A DNA stretch of 64,000 nt from Chiloscyllium plagiosum (taxonomy: Eukaryota): positions 44,678,143 to 44,742,142 of the forward strand of contig NC_057718.1 in the NCBI RefSeq assembly GCF_004010195.1, read 5' to 3'. Below, piece by piece: positions 13,526 to 26,369 of this stretch. Made by a program: the position numbers and the translations under genes. The notes under the pieces are model-generated. The model ran no database searches, was not told the origin of the DNA, and was given only the letters and a program-made list of their open reading frames with translations. Within the stretch, counting starts at the first letter, position 1, and each line of letters begins with the position of its first letter.

Positions 13526-14899
13526 GATCCTAAATCTCCCGCATGTCTTGTACAGAGGAATTCTTCTCTGCTGAATCTAGATGTCTTTAATTTTAATTTT
13601 CATCATGGAACAGCTGCTCAACACAAACAAGTTTTTTCATCTTTGTGGTATCCTAGATTTTGAACCAGGTAATTTCTTCTTTTTGACCGTGTCCTGAATC
13701 TGCAGACATTTGTCTGGTTTCCAATGAATCAAATGCAACGCAGCTTCATTTTGTGCTATTAAATATTTATTCTCAATTTGCTCTTAAAGCTGTATTGAAG
13801 GATATAAATTCTTAAATTCAACTGATGACTAGATTGGATATCTTCATTCACCCTACATAGTTATTGTACTGGGACACCTCCCCCCCACCCCACCCCACTT
13901 CCGACCCCCAACTCATGGTACTAGAGGACGGCTGCTGACCAGCACCTCCTCATCATAACATTATTTCTGTCACTGGCACTGATAGTTCTGCTTTGGAAGA
14001 CAAATAATTTAAATATTCCTCATGAACTTGTATCATCTTACCACAAGGCATCAAATATGAAGCTGCTATACACTTTGTTCAGAAGACCATGTTGGTGCCT
14101 TATTGTTTCAAACTAAAGATTGATCAATCAGTTCAATGGCTTGTCCTTCTTAGCCTTTACTTCCTCAAATGCATCTTCTTGCAAACTTCGCTGATTTCTG
14201 TCATCTGAATTTTCTTCACTGATGATAAAGGTGTTTTCCATTCTTTCTAATCCTGTATAATCACCGATTTTACAATGAGTCTATGACATCATCAACCTCT
14301 TCCTGAAGTCCCTAGCCACCATACTGCCACTGAGGAATGGCTGCACATCTGGCTAACCCTAAGTCTGATGGGTGTATCCTTACCTGGTCGGAAATAAAGG
14401 CTTTAATGTGGGCAGCTGTTTCTCCCTTTTTGGTTATTCCATGTGTTCCCATTGAGTCTTTGTTTGTTCAAGCACTTGCAGCTGATGTCAGTGGGTATAG
14501 ATAGTTCTTTAAGAGGTAAAAGACTTAAAGGCTTGTACACTCACTTGGTCCTTTGCAAATTTATCCTTCTGGGTCCAATGGATTATTTCATCACTGCAGT
14601 TTGTGATATTAAGCAATGATGCTCAATGCTGATCACCAAGTGGAATTTGTGGATATGAGAATGCTACCACCAATCAGGTTTCCTTTGGCTTGGCATATAG
14701 GAGTAGAGTCTACCTCTATTGCATCTGAACAAGAGGTTTCTTTTACCTTAAACAAGAAGTTGTTATTGTATAACAGCAATTAGGAACAAGTTACATTAGT
14801 TTATCAGGTATTGTTACTAAGATCATGAGGAGACCTATGGGAGTCTGCACTCCTCAGGCATAATCCTGCCATGACAGATGAGTCACTTTGTAATTGCAA

Positions 14900-17635
14900 A
14901 ACGTAGTCTGGAATTAAGAGTCTAACAATGACCAATAATCCATTGTTGATTGTTGTACAAACCTAACATGTTCACTAATGCGCTTTAGAGAAGAATACCT
15001 GCCATCCTTACCTGGGTCTGGTCTGCATATGACTCCAGACACATCGTGATGTGGTTGACTCATAAATACCCTCTCTCAAAACCTAGGAAGCCACTCAGTT
15101 GTATCTGACCACTAACGTGTCTCGAGAAAGGAATGAAACCAGACTGATCACCTGGCACAACCGAGACACCAGAACAACAGCAAACGATGCAGTATAATGA
15201 GCCCTGCCATCCCTGTAAGTCCTCCTTACTAACATTTGGGGTCTCATCCCAAAATTGGGACAGCTGCCTTACAGATTGTTCAAGCAGCAGCCTGACACAG
15301 TAAGAACGATGCCTTGCTGATAATGTATAGACACATCAACACTAACCCTGAGCTGTCCTGTCCCACCAGAAGGTCAGGCCCAACAGAGGTGCTGGGCGGT
15401 GCTATACAATCAGGTGGGAGTCACAGGGGGAGTACTCAACATTGACTCTGGATCCCATCAAGTCTCATGACATAAAATCTTAGGTGAAATATGGGCAAGA
15501 AGATCTCCTGCTATTTACCATGTATTGAGTCTGCCTTGGCTAATAATTCAGTATTAATCCATGCTCAGCATCACTTGAGGAAGCACAGAGCGTGAGAAGA
15601 GTGTAGCATGGGTGGGGTCTTCAACATCCAGAACCACGTGTGGCTTGGCACCACCACTAATTCAGTCAAATCCAAAAGAACATAGCCGTGAAGGGACCAA
15701 CAGAAGGCAAAATCTTATTTGACCTTATTCTTAACAATCTGCCTGTCACAGATGTACCTATCTGCAACAGTATCAGTATAACTGGCCACTGTGCAGTGCT
15801 TGTGGAAAGGAGTTCTGCTTTAAAATTGGGAGTACCTTCTGTCATGCTGTGTGCCACTATCACTATGCTAAATGGGGTAGATTTGAAATAATCAAGCAAC
15901 TTAGCATCCATAAAATGCTGTGGGCCATCAGGAGCAGCACAATTGTACTTAGACACAATCTGTAATGTGTAATTTCATGGCCCAGCATAGCCTTCACTCC
16001 ACCATTACTATCAAGCTAGGGAACCAACCCTGGTTCAATGAACAGTACAAGAAGGTATGCCAGGTGAAGCACCACACATCTCTAAAAATGATGTGTCAAC
16101 CTGACATAGTTATAACACAGGACTACATGTGTGATAGACAGAGCTGAATGATTCCACAACTAATGGATCAAATCTAAGCTTGGCAGTCATGCAACATCTG
16201 CTTGTGACTGGTGGTGGACAATCAAACAATTCCTGCAGGAGGAGGTTCCACAATTATTTCCATTCTCAATGATAGAGCTGTCCAGCACATCAGTGCAAAA
16301 GATAAGGCTGAAGTATTTGTAACAATCTTTATCCAGAAGTGTCAAATGAATGATCCATCTTGGTCTCCTCCAGACATACTCAGCAACACAGATACCAGTG
16401 TTCAGTCAATTCGACCCCATAAGACATCAAGAAATGGCTGAAAGCACTGATACAGCAAAGGTTGTTGATCCTGACAACCTTCCAGCAATAGTCCTGACAA
16501 TTTGATCCATAAACCTGTCACACCGATAGCCAAGCAATTCCACAGCTACAACACTGGCACCTACCAATAATGTAGAAAATTGCCCAGATATGATTTGTAC
16601 AAGGAAATGAAGCTAAATCCAACCTAGCAAATCAGAAATCTGTTTTTAATCATCAGTAAAGCAATGGAAGATGTTTTCAACTGTGCTATCAAGTAGCGCT
16701 TGATTAGCAATAACTTGCCCACTGACACTTCAGGTTCTACTTTTCCACTCCTAACCTAATTGCAACTTTGGTTCAAACATGGACAAAAGTACGGCATTCC
16801 TGACTTGAGGGGAGATGATTCCTTGTGGCATCAAAGCTGCATTTGATTGAGTGTGACATTGAGAAACCCTAGCAAATGTAGAGACAATGGGAATCAAGAA
16901 GAAAGCTCTCCACACTGGCTAGGACCATACCATTTGTGATTTCTCAGATTCTGAAGCGGTCCATGTCCAAATGCACCAAGATCTGAATGATATCCAAGTT
17001 TGGGCTAACAAGTGGCAAGTAACAGCTTTACCATTGCTGAATCCACCACCATCAACATCCTAGACATTACTATTGACCAGTAATTGCACTGGCCTAACCA
17101 TAAAAATACTGGGGTTACAAGAGCATGCTAGAGGCTTGGTTCCTTGTAGTGAATCACCCATCTGTTGACTTCCCAAAATCTGTCCACCACCTACAAGGCA
17201 CAAGGGAAGTGTGTAAGGGTTTTTTGAGTGGCATCATATTCTCAAACATACACTTGCCTCCCTACTGATGCGCAGTAGCAGTGGCATGTACCAACTAGGA
17301 CATACACTACAGAAACTCACTAAAGCTCCTTGGACTACACCTTTCAAGGACAACACCTTTCAATTCTATGAACACTACTATCTAGAAGCATGTGGGCAGC
17401 AGAAATGTGGGAACACCACCACATGCAATCCCCTCTCCAAGCCACTGATTATCCTGATATTGAATACATCAGAGTTTCTGGAATTCCCTCCTGAGTGGCA
17501 TTGTAGGTCTGTCTACATCAAATAGACTTCAGCTGTTCAAAATGGCACCTCACCACCACCTTCTCAAGGGCAGCTATGAACCAGCAATATATACTGTCCC
17601 AGCCAGAAATGCCCACATCCCATGAATGAGAAAAG
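14900..17635 (+). mobile_element. Old, internally deleted non-LTR retrotransposon (APE plus RT; CR1/L2 group)
   Basis: PTEGKILFDLILNN, QPWFNE and KDKAEVF remnants. Its 3' tail is shared with 1-430, 26020-26260 and 52900-53360. Confidence 0.75.
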
Positions 17636-18704
17636 TGCACTTCATGCATTTTGAAAGCGGCTAGAGGCACTGGCAGATGGTTAGCAGCCCCAAGCAGGGT
17701 CACTTGGATTCCACATTGTTAAAGTCAAAAGATACCTCGATATCAGGAGCCTTTCAGTAATTCTGAACCGGATGTGAACTTATTGGTTCCTTTTGCTAAG
17801 ACTACACTGGGAGGATGCACTACTTTAGTTAGGAAACCCATAAGGTACGCCATTAGTAACCAACTATGCCTCACAAAACTCATCTCTCTGAGTACTCTGA
17901 GAAAAGTGCCATCTATCTTGGGAATCTAATTTTTGATTCCCTCTATCCTATTTAACATTCCCATCTCATTTGTGTTGAAGCCATTAATTATATTAAGGTT
18001 GCCTTTAGTCAGGGAGGGGAAGTTGCTCTTCTCTTCCATTTCATATGCTTAAGAGGGATTAATCATTTGAAACATTAGCCATCCTCTGTTACAGAGGCAT
18101 GTTTTATGGTTCTCACCTCATTTTCACAGTCCTCTTCTTGGTAAGTTACAGAAAGCATTTCAACAGTTTATTTATCTGCAGAGAAATGCCTTATTGCCAG
18201 GTTTCTCTTCGACATTCTGAACACCATCATAACAGCCTTTGGCATTTCCCTGTTAGTGATCCCATCAAGAAACATTTTATCTTTTCCCCTGTAGAATTGC
18301 TGCAGAACTTGTTTTCTTTTTTTTATTTCACTTCTCATTAACTTGTTAATAAATGTAAAGTCATATATAAACTCCCACTCCTGTGTACAGTATAGAGGCA
18401 AAATGTACAACTGCAAATCCTGTGTAAAATTCTGAAGATTTTTAACTGTCAATAGTTTTCTATTAAAATGTCCCTGTTTATGTGCATCACTTTGTCAAAA
18501 AGCTATTAAAAACTAATTTTCAAAAATTGATAATCCTCATTATTTAAATAAAATATTATTCTATGACATTCTAGATAATATTAAGTATGCATGGACTTTA
18601 AATGTCACCTAGGGAATTTAACACTCAAAAAAGGTGATAAAAATCTAACATGTTATTTCATAGTTTTGCATTCATTTATTATGAAGTACACTTGTGTAAC
18701 TTAC

Positions 18705-18865
18705 GAGGAATACATCTTCCACTTTAGCGATTCCTTTCCCAAATATGGTTCCTAGCTGGTCACCAACACCAGCAAGTAAAAACCCAAACAGCGGAATCCC
18801 TAACAAGGCGTAAATGATGCAGAATATTTTTCCACCTACAGTAGTTGGAGAGATCTTTCCAAAAC
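18705..18865 (-). CDS. KCNK2: Internal exon (161 bp, phase 1 to 0) of the same channel: selectivity filter 1 and M2
   Basis: Acceptor cttatttcctcccAG|GT, donor CTC|GTAAGT. Continues in frame as (G)[53 protein letters not shown], close to TREK-1 [54 protein letters not shown]. This frame is absent from the ORF track. Confidence 0.95.
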
Positions 18866-20940
18866 CTGGGAGGAAATAAGATCAAACTGAATTACACATA
18901 AGTTATCACAAGGTTTTGCAGTTGCAATAAGTCTTAGATTCTTTAAAGGAATGCAGTGTGACAATTTGTGTCTCTGAAGACAAACTGAAAAAGGTGCAAA
19001 ATGTTTGCATGTGAAAAACACATCTTATATTTGAACAAATGACTCTTATTTCCTTATAATATCACTGTTACCATGTTAGAGTTTAAATATTTGCAGGTTG
19101 AAATCAATAGGATGATCATACATCATTTATTAATCAAGGTTGTTTCAACTCTCCATGAAGAATTTTGCTGATATCATTTCTTTCATCTGTTGGGTTTTTT
19201 GTTGTTATTTTTCACTCCTCCTTCCTTTCAGTTGGCTTGAAATTATACATGTGCCAGAAAACCTCCAACTGTTCTCCCATCTGACAATTCTTCACTTGTG
19301 TCTCAACACATCTCAGTCAATATTGTGTTCAGAAAGTTCCATATAAATGGGGATTCAGATGACCAGAATAAGTTTCCCTAAATTATTTTACTCTTCTGGC
19401 ATAAGTTAATTATTTTGTCTGATTACTGCCATGGTTGAGATCAGTTCATTTAAGGTAGATGAGAAATTAAATTTTGAATTCAATCAGAAAGTATGGTCTG
19501 GGAAAAGGAAAGGACGGAAAAGGAAAGTGAAAGGCATGGAGGATGGAGGACTGAACAGGCAAAGTTATCAGGGAAAATCAGAGAAGAGAGAAGGGATGAT
19601 CAATTGAAGACTTCCTTCCAAATAAACACTTGTAAAAAGGATTGTGAATCTGCATAACAATTCCAAGGAAGTTGAGCTGCAGCTGCCACGCAGGGAATTA
19701 GGTGAAGAGCTGACCCAGAACCTGAAAATCGAGCAGAATTGTTTTGGAGTTTTGCAGGTGAATAGTAAGAGAAAATCTAAACAAAATATTTAGCTGACTC
19801 TTGAGTAATTAGGTCAGCATTCAGGAAGGCTATCTGGCTGATTAGTAACAGAGCCATGAGATGAGGTGCACAGAGGTTGATGCAGAGGTATAGCATTGGC
19901 AGGACTGTTGGGAAAACTCTGGAGCTTCCATCATGGAGAGGCTAAGCAGGACTGTCAGTTTCAAGTGTTACAGATGTTACATCAGAGCAATACCAAAGAC
20001 ATTAGGTTGATGGTCATGAGGTCACGAGACAAAGGTTTGAGACAATCATCAGGAAAATATGGTCAGGTTTTTAAGAGGCATCAAGGTCAGAACAGCAGAG
20101 AGCATAAGGGCAGATGGTCAGCAGGACTGATGTGATACGGGGCTATTTCAAACAGCAAAATTAGATAAATGTGATGGTCCTATGTTATGTTAGTAGGTTG
20201 GATAGAAACAAAAGCAGGAGCAAAGTTATGGTTACTCATCAAGATACCCATTATGCTATATCAAGTGGCATGGTGCAGTCCCATCCTGTAACAAAAACCA
20301 GGAAGGTCAATGAAAAACCAAAAAAATGGAAGTTCTAAAAATGAACTGCTTCTCCTGTTTTGTACTCAAGCAGTTTATCAGTCTGTTCTATTCCATTCAA
20401 GTATTTTAATTTGTCCCTCCCCTCTCCTCATTCTGTTCCTTTTTAAATGCTATATATCTGTAATATCTTTCAATTCTGATCAAGTATCGATTCCTGAAAT
20501 GTTAGCTTGCCTGTCCGCTCAGCAGATGTTAAGTGATTTAAGCATTTCCTTGACTTCAGGGCAAATTAAGATCTGAAATAATGGATTATTTGCAGTTGAT
20601 CTAAGCTTGCCAATTTAGTACTATTGCCCAAAGTTAAAGGTATGTTTTTAATATGTAATAGGTTAGATGAACTGTGTCTATAACCACAAGAACAGTATTA
20701 TGAAATATTAGTTAAACAATATAAATTGCCGATTACCTGAAGGAATTGGAGAATAGTAAGCAATGCACTATAGAGATAATGAAATGTAGCTCAATGTACA
20801 AGAATCAGCAAGTTTGCAGATTTTGCTAAAGTTTCAATGTACCAATTATTTGAATCTCAAGATGCATTTCTTTCAAATGAATATGTTGGACATAATTAAA
20901 TCATGAACAGTCGATGCCAGATTTATTATAAATGTCTTAC

Positions 20941-21058
20941 CTATGGTGGTTATAATGGTGCCTGCAAAGAAGAAGGAACTGCCCAAGTCCCAGTGGCTGG
21001 TTTGATTGGTAGAATTCCCTGCAGGGTTAACACCTGCATTTACAGCTTCCATCAAATG
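20941..21058 (-). CDS. KCNK2: Internal exon (118 bp, phase 0 to 1) of a TREK-subfamily two-pore K+ channel: M1-P1 loop and pore helix 1
   Basis: Translates [40 protein letters not shown]. Acceptor ...ctgacAG|CAT and donor ATAG|GTAAG. The [18 protein letters not shown] motif is diagnostic of TREK/TRAAK. The exact paralogue is uncertain (KCNK2-like). Confidence 0.93.
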
Positions 21059-21560
21059 CTGTCAGTTTGAAAAGAATACATCAGTAATCGTGCAACATTA
21101 TTAATCATCCAAAGCAAGACATTCATAATAATTCTTTAGTGTATTGACATAAGTAGACCTGAGTAACACCACCATGTTTTATTCGAAAAACACTTCAACT
21201 GATTTTATTTTACATGATTTGTTTTCATTGTTCTTATCTCTTTCCCTCCCATAGTTTTCAGAATCTTTTCCATTTGGGGGGTTGATTGATACCTGAGATT
21301 TAGTCTGACGTAATGGCATTAAAATCTTTTCCCTCTTGGGTGGCTATTACATGTTCAAAGTAAAAATTTTTTAGCAAGCACATTTGCAACTTTTGCTTCA
21401 TGTAGAGTCAGGCCATAAAAGTACCGAAATGCTAACACCATTCATTAACTTAGCAACTTTATTTAGAGTGAACAAGATAGATGTGAGATATGACAAAAAT
21501 AACACTGCTGTGATCAGAGGAACTCTTAGATTTTAAAAATAGCAGCTTTAAAACCATTAA

Positions 21561-22273
21561 GTACAAAGGGATCTGGGAGTGCTAGTCGAGGATTCTCTAA
21601 AGGTAAACATGCAGGTTGAATCTGTGATTAAGAAAGCGAATGCAATGTTGTCATTTATCTCAAGAGAGTTGGAATATAAAAGCACTGTTTATAAAGCTCT
21701 GGTTAGGCCCCATTTGGAGTACTGTGTCCAGTTTTGAGCCCCACACCTCAGGAGGGACATACTGGCACTGGAGCGTGTCCAGCGGAGATTCACACGCATG
21801 ATCTCTGGAATGGTAGGTATAACATATGAGGAACGGCTGAGGATCCTGGGATTGTACTCATTGGAGTTTAGAAGGTTAAGGGGAGATCTAATAGAAACTT
21901 ACAAGATAATACATGGCTTGGAAAGGGTGGACGCTAAGAAATTGTTTCCATGAGGCGGGGAGACTAGGACCCGTGGGCACAGCCTTAAAATTAGAGGGGG
22001 TCAATTCAGAACAGAAATGCGGAGACACTCCTTCAGCCAGAGAGTGGTGGGCCTGTGGAATTCATTGCCGCGGAGTGCAGTGGAGGCCGGGATGCTAAAT
22101 GTCTTCAAGGCAGAGATTGATAAATTCTTGATGTCACAAGGAATTAAGGGCTATGGGGAGAATGCGGGTAAGTGGAGTTGAAATGCCCATCAGCCATGAT
22201 TAAATGGCGGAGTGGACTTGATGGGCCAAATGGCCTTACTTCCACTCCTATGTCTTATGGTCTTATGGTCTTA
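21561..22273 (+). mobile_element. Young 5'-truncated CR1/HER1-like LINE
   Basis: RPHLEYCVQF and RRLRGDLIETYK motifs with a (TCTTATGG)n tail. Confidence 0.92.
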
Positions 22274-23685
22274 TTAATTGCGCACAGCTAGTATAACAAT
22301 AAAACTTGCCAGAGACTCTAAAAGCAGAGATTAGGAAGACAATTTTTTTTTTACTTGCTTCTCATTTTTGCATTCAGACCAGAACCAAAGTCATAGCTAA
22401 ATATATTCAAAAAGTAGTTTAAATGCAGAGTGAAACTCAAAGCTGATATTTCACTCATGGTTGTAAAGTCAGCTCAATCCTTAATGCAGCAGATATGTGA
22501 CACAATTTTGTCAAACCTTCGAAATTAATATATTTGAATAAAAAATAAAAACATCTTTCTGCTACTTTGCCATATTAGTCAATATCCATTCCATGGGCCA
22601 TATCACAAGTTGAAAATGCTCTCTACTGCTTTAACAAACATATTGATCATAAAATGATCATTTATTTTTAATATTGATATAAATTCTGCTTTTATTGATT
22701 TTTCACCTCAGGATGAAAGAATTGGGCAGTTCTGTCCTGACTTTGTTTTCATATCTTGATAACAAAAAGTTGCAATTCGCACATTCACATTCCCAAATTA
22801 TTCAAGTTGTTGTAAATATATGAATTTCTGTTGGCAACTTCATTGATTAGAAGGAGAAACACTTGTGACAGTTTTATTTAAGAATTGGTTCAATGGAAAT
22901 GCACACAGACTGTTTATATTTGTTTATTGCAGAAATCCACCTGATTTTAATGTTACACAGGGTATCCCAAGTGATACCCTCTACCCTGTGGCCGGGAGAA
23001 CAGGAGTCAGCTGATTTTGAGACCAAAGGCACTCTCTGAGTAGGGTTTTTACTATTACTTGCAGGCTTTGAGGAAAATAAAGGAAAACATTTGGAAAACT
23101 TTATCACACAACTTGACTAAGCCAAGCTGCATCATGATACTGGCCATTTCCTTATATCTGGCTTCTCAGTGCAAAGTTAAATCTCGAAATATTTCTCTTT
23201 GCTCCAGGTCCTTCTCAGCAGCAATAACCAACTGAAGAACACTGCAGAGGAGGTCTATCCTTCAATGTGGTGATCTTTCAGTGGCCCATGATGGTCTTTC
23301 AGCCTGGTGTGACCCCAACGTGGACTTCCGGCTTTGAGGTGACTCCAGAGTGATCGCCCAGCCCCGAGAACCTTGAGGTGAACCCCAGTGCAGTCTGGAG
23401 CGAAGGCTCGATGAACTGGAGGCTAGGTGCCGGTGTGGACTGGGTTTGAAGGAATGTTGTTCTGAACTTTTTATTCCTTTATTTTTCTAATTTATTCCTA
23501 CAATCTGCAGTGTTTAAGTTTTTAATTTCTTTATTTTTCTAAGTTTTTTTTCTTAAGAATTTGTACCTAGGAACCTTGCATCTAAGACGGCACCGTAAGT
23601 GGTGACTTGTAGACTTTTCACTGTGACAATAAAAGTAATTCAATTCGCCGTCATGTGTGCAGCATCACTTGAACGGAACAGCTCA

Positions 23686-23813
23686 GAGTTTCATTGTCTT
23701 AGGGAATGAGTTAGAGGGGATTGCATACAGACTTCATTGTCTTAGGGAATGAGGTAAAAGGGATTGCACATAGACTTCATTGTCTTAGGGAATGAGGTAG
23801 AGGACTGCACACA
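23686..23813. repeat. Tandem repeat, 3 x 43 bp
   Basis: TTCATTGTCTTAGGGAATGAG starts at 23690, 23733 and 23776. Confidence 0.92.
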
Positions 23814-25239
23814 AGCCTAATGTGCAGGAGCAAGGATTAGTGTCAGGGACAGCCCAGGTCTTTGCCAGCCCTGATGAAGAGGACATGGATAAAGATTTCA
23901 GGGATCCCATTTTAACAAAGACAACTTACATTATGTAACCGTTTTAATGTAAGTTAAAAAAAAAGGAGCTTCTTTGGACCGTTAGCAAGGAAAAGTAGAC
24001 AGGAACTCACAAAGACTAGCTGCATATTTCACTTTTGTTTAATGCAAAATCTAGGGCATGATGAAACGATAGTGAATACTGAGCTGCTTTTTTGTCACAT
24101 TTTAAGCAATGGCATTGGGCAGGTTACTGATAAAGTGTGCTGTTAACTTCTCTCTAATCTCCGAAGCCTCTATGTACTGACCGGCCTTTCTTAGTTGAAT
24201 ATTGCCATGCAGTCCTCCATGGTGATGCTGTATGGGCTCCAGAGCTGCCTACACAGAGATTGTGTTGACAACTCCAAGAGGCCACCCACCATCTTTAGTT
24301 GGATCGCAAGCAGGGAGGAGGATAATTAAAAGGCCGCCCGCAGGAAATTCACTGGCAGGTCCCAGATTTGGGGCCTGAAGTCCATGGTAAAGTTCTGCCT
24401 TGAGGTCCGGTGAGAAGATAATGTGATGGCTTGCTCTAAAGGGCACTTGAGCTGGTCGAAGCAGCTGTGCACTGCAGAAAGGGTGATGTCTCCTGTTGCA
24501 TGCTAGAAGGAGCTTGTGGGGAAAAGCTAAGTGGTGAGAGTGTTTCCCATTATTTGCGAGTCGGACAGTACACATCCAAACAAAAGACTCTCAATACTAT
24601 GCACTTAGCTGCACACTACCTGTGGCTCCTGTCACTTCCTCTATTCATGACCAACATCTCCCATACTTCATTTCACGCCACTGCCTTCAGCTCGCACTGA
24701 CACTTCAGGCTAAATTCTACCAGAAATTGGTTGTCAATGTTTGCGAGCTTCATGGAGGGTTTCTGTCCGTGTGTTTTCTCAACTTATTCTCTGCAGGTTC
24801 ACCTCATTAGCTGAGCACCACACCTCTCTATCACCCAGCTTGCACAATCGTCTGCTCAGCAACCAGAGGTATTTGCCGCTGCTGGGACCTCCCAGCATTC
24901 CTGGCACGTGCACCATTTTTAAAGTCCAGATGTGCACAAGGTCAAGCATTGCCCGCTAGGAACGGCCCTTCACATAGCAGAAGGGGAATGATCGAAAAAC
25001 TTTTCTGAGGACACCATGGCACTTTTATAAATGTCTGGCTATTAAGGATACATACTACACCCTCCTTTTGCATCATTTTAGAATCCTGACTGGAATAGTA
25101 CACATTCTCTAATGCCCTGTGTAGCTTTGTTTTGTTCAATGTGGGAGTGTCACTTACTGGAAAGCCTTCAAATGGCTGAAAAGTTCACTTTTATTCAGTA
25201 ACAATGAAAACAAAGAAAAAAATAAATAAAAGCTACATT

Positions 25240-25950
25240 TCCCTCTAAGATTAGACAGGTGATGCTATCAGACAGGAATAAATGGGCCTTTTTCTGAATG
25301 GAAGACAGTAACTAGTGGGGGACTGTAGGGATCAATGCTTGAACCCAGCTATTCACAATATATATTAACAAGTTAGATGAGGAAATTAAATGTAATATCT
25401 TTAAGTCTGAAGATGACACAAAGCTAGGTTGGAGGTTAAGTTGTGAAGAGGATACAGAGATGCTTCTGTATAATATGGAAAGTTGGGGAGTGGGCAAATG
25501 CATGGCAGATGAATTACAATATGAATAAATGAGAGATTATCTACTTTGGTAGCAAAGAACAAAGACAGATTATTATTAGAATGGCAATAGATTAGGAAAG
25601 GGGAGGTGCAACAAGACCTGGATGTCCTTGTACCCCAATCGCTGAAAGTAAGCAGAGTCTAGAGTAGAGTGATGCTGGAAAAGCACAGTAGTTCAGGCAG
25701 CATCCGAGGAGCAGTAAAATCGACGTTTCAGGCAAAGGCCCTTCATCAGGAATACAGGTGCTGAAAGTAAGCAGGCAAGTGCAGCAAGCAGTGAAAAGCA
25801 AATGGTATGTTGGCCTGCATTACAAGAGGATTCGACTACAGGAGCAGGGATGTCATGTTACAATTGTACACGGCCTTGATTCAACCACATATGGAATATT
25901 GTGTGCAGATTTCCTCTCCTTAGCTGAGGAGGGATAATTTGGCTATGCCG
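25240..25950 (+). mobile_element. CR1 RT fragment hosting the 104-bp insertion
   Basis: GPQLFTIYIN..KxxDDTKLG remnants. Confidence 0.8.
25656..25759 (-). mobile_element. 104-bp solo Penelope-terminus insertion with a hammerhead motif and a 15-bp TSD
   Basis: GCTGAAAGTAAGCAG occurs at 25641-25655 and 25760-25774. Minus strand reads CTGATGAagggcctttgcctGAAACGTC. Same family as 44190-44277. Confidence 0.85.
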
Positions 25951-26369
25951 AAAGTCATGAAGTCATTAAATATTTTAGCAATGAAGTCATGGTCTGCTAC
26001 CACCAGTAGAAAACTGGTTCTTTTTGATTCATTCATTTGATGTGAGCATCACTGGCAAAGCCAGCAGTTATTACCTGTCACTAACAGCTCTTGAACAGCT
26101 GATGGTGAGCCACCTTCTTGAACTGATGTCGCCCTTGAGGCGTTGGTGCAGCCTTCGTGGTGTTAGAAGCAAGTTCAAGGATTTGAATTCATCAACTGTG
26201 AATGAACAGCAATATATTCCCAATTCAGGATGGTGTCTGACTTAAAGGGGGAGGCAATGGTGCTTGTTGTGCCTCTTTCCTCACTGGAATATCTTCCTAC
26301 TATCCGGCAGTTAAAATGGCTTTCTCATTCAGCCAATTATCTTCTCTATAATTCTCACATTAGCATTAG

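Noticed and set aside
20470..20550. Hammerhead-like remnants here and near 48110 and 54305
   Set aside because: The cores are too mutated. They are probably old PLE termini and cannot be supported as ribozymes.
20873..20940. ORF-track extension KTFIINL... after TTIG
   Set aside because: This is intron read-through past the GTAAG donor.
23686..23813. Regularly spaced 21-bp repeats resembling a CRISPR array
   Set aside because: The intervening sequences are similar to each other, so this is a 43-bp tandem repeat. The context is eukaryotic and no cas genes are present.
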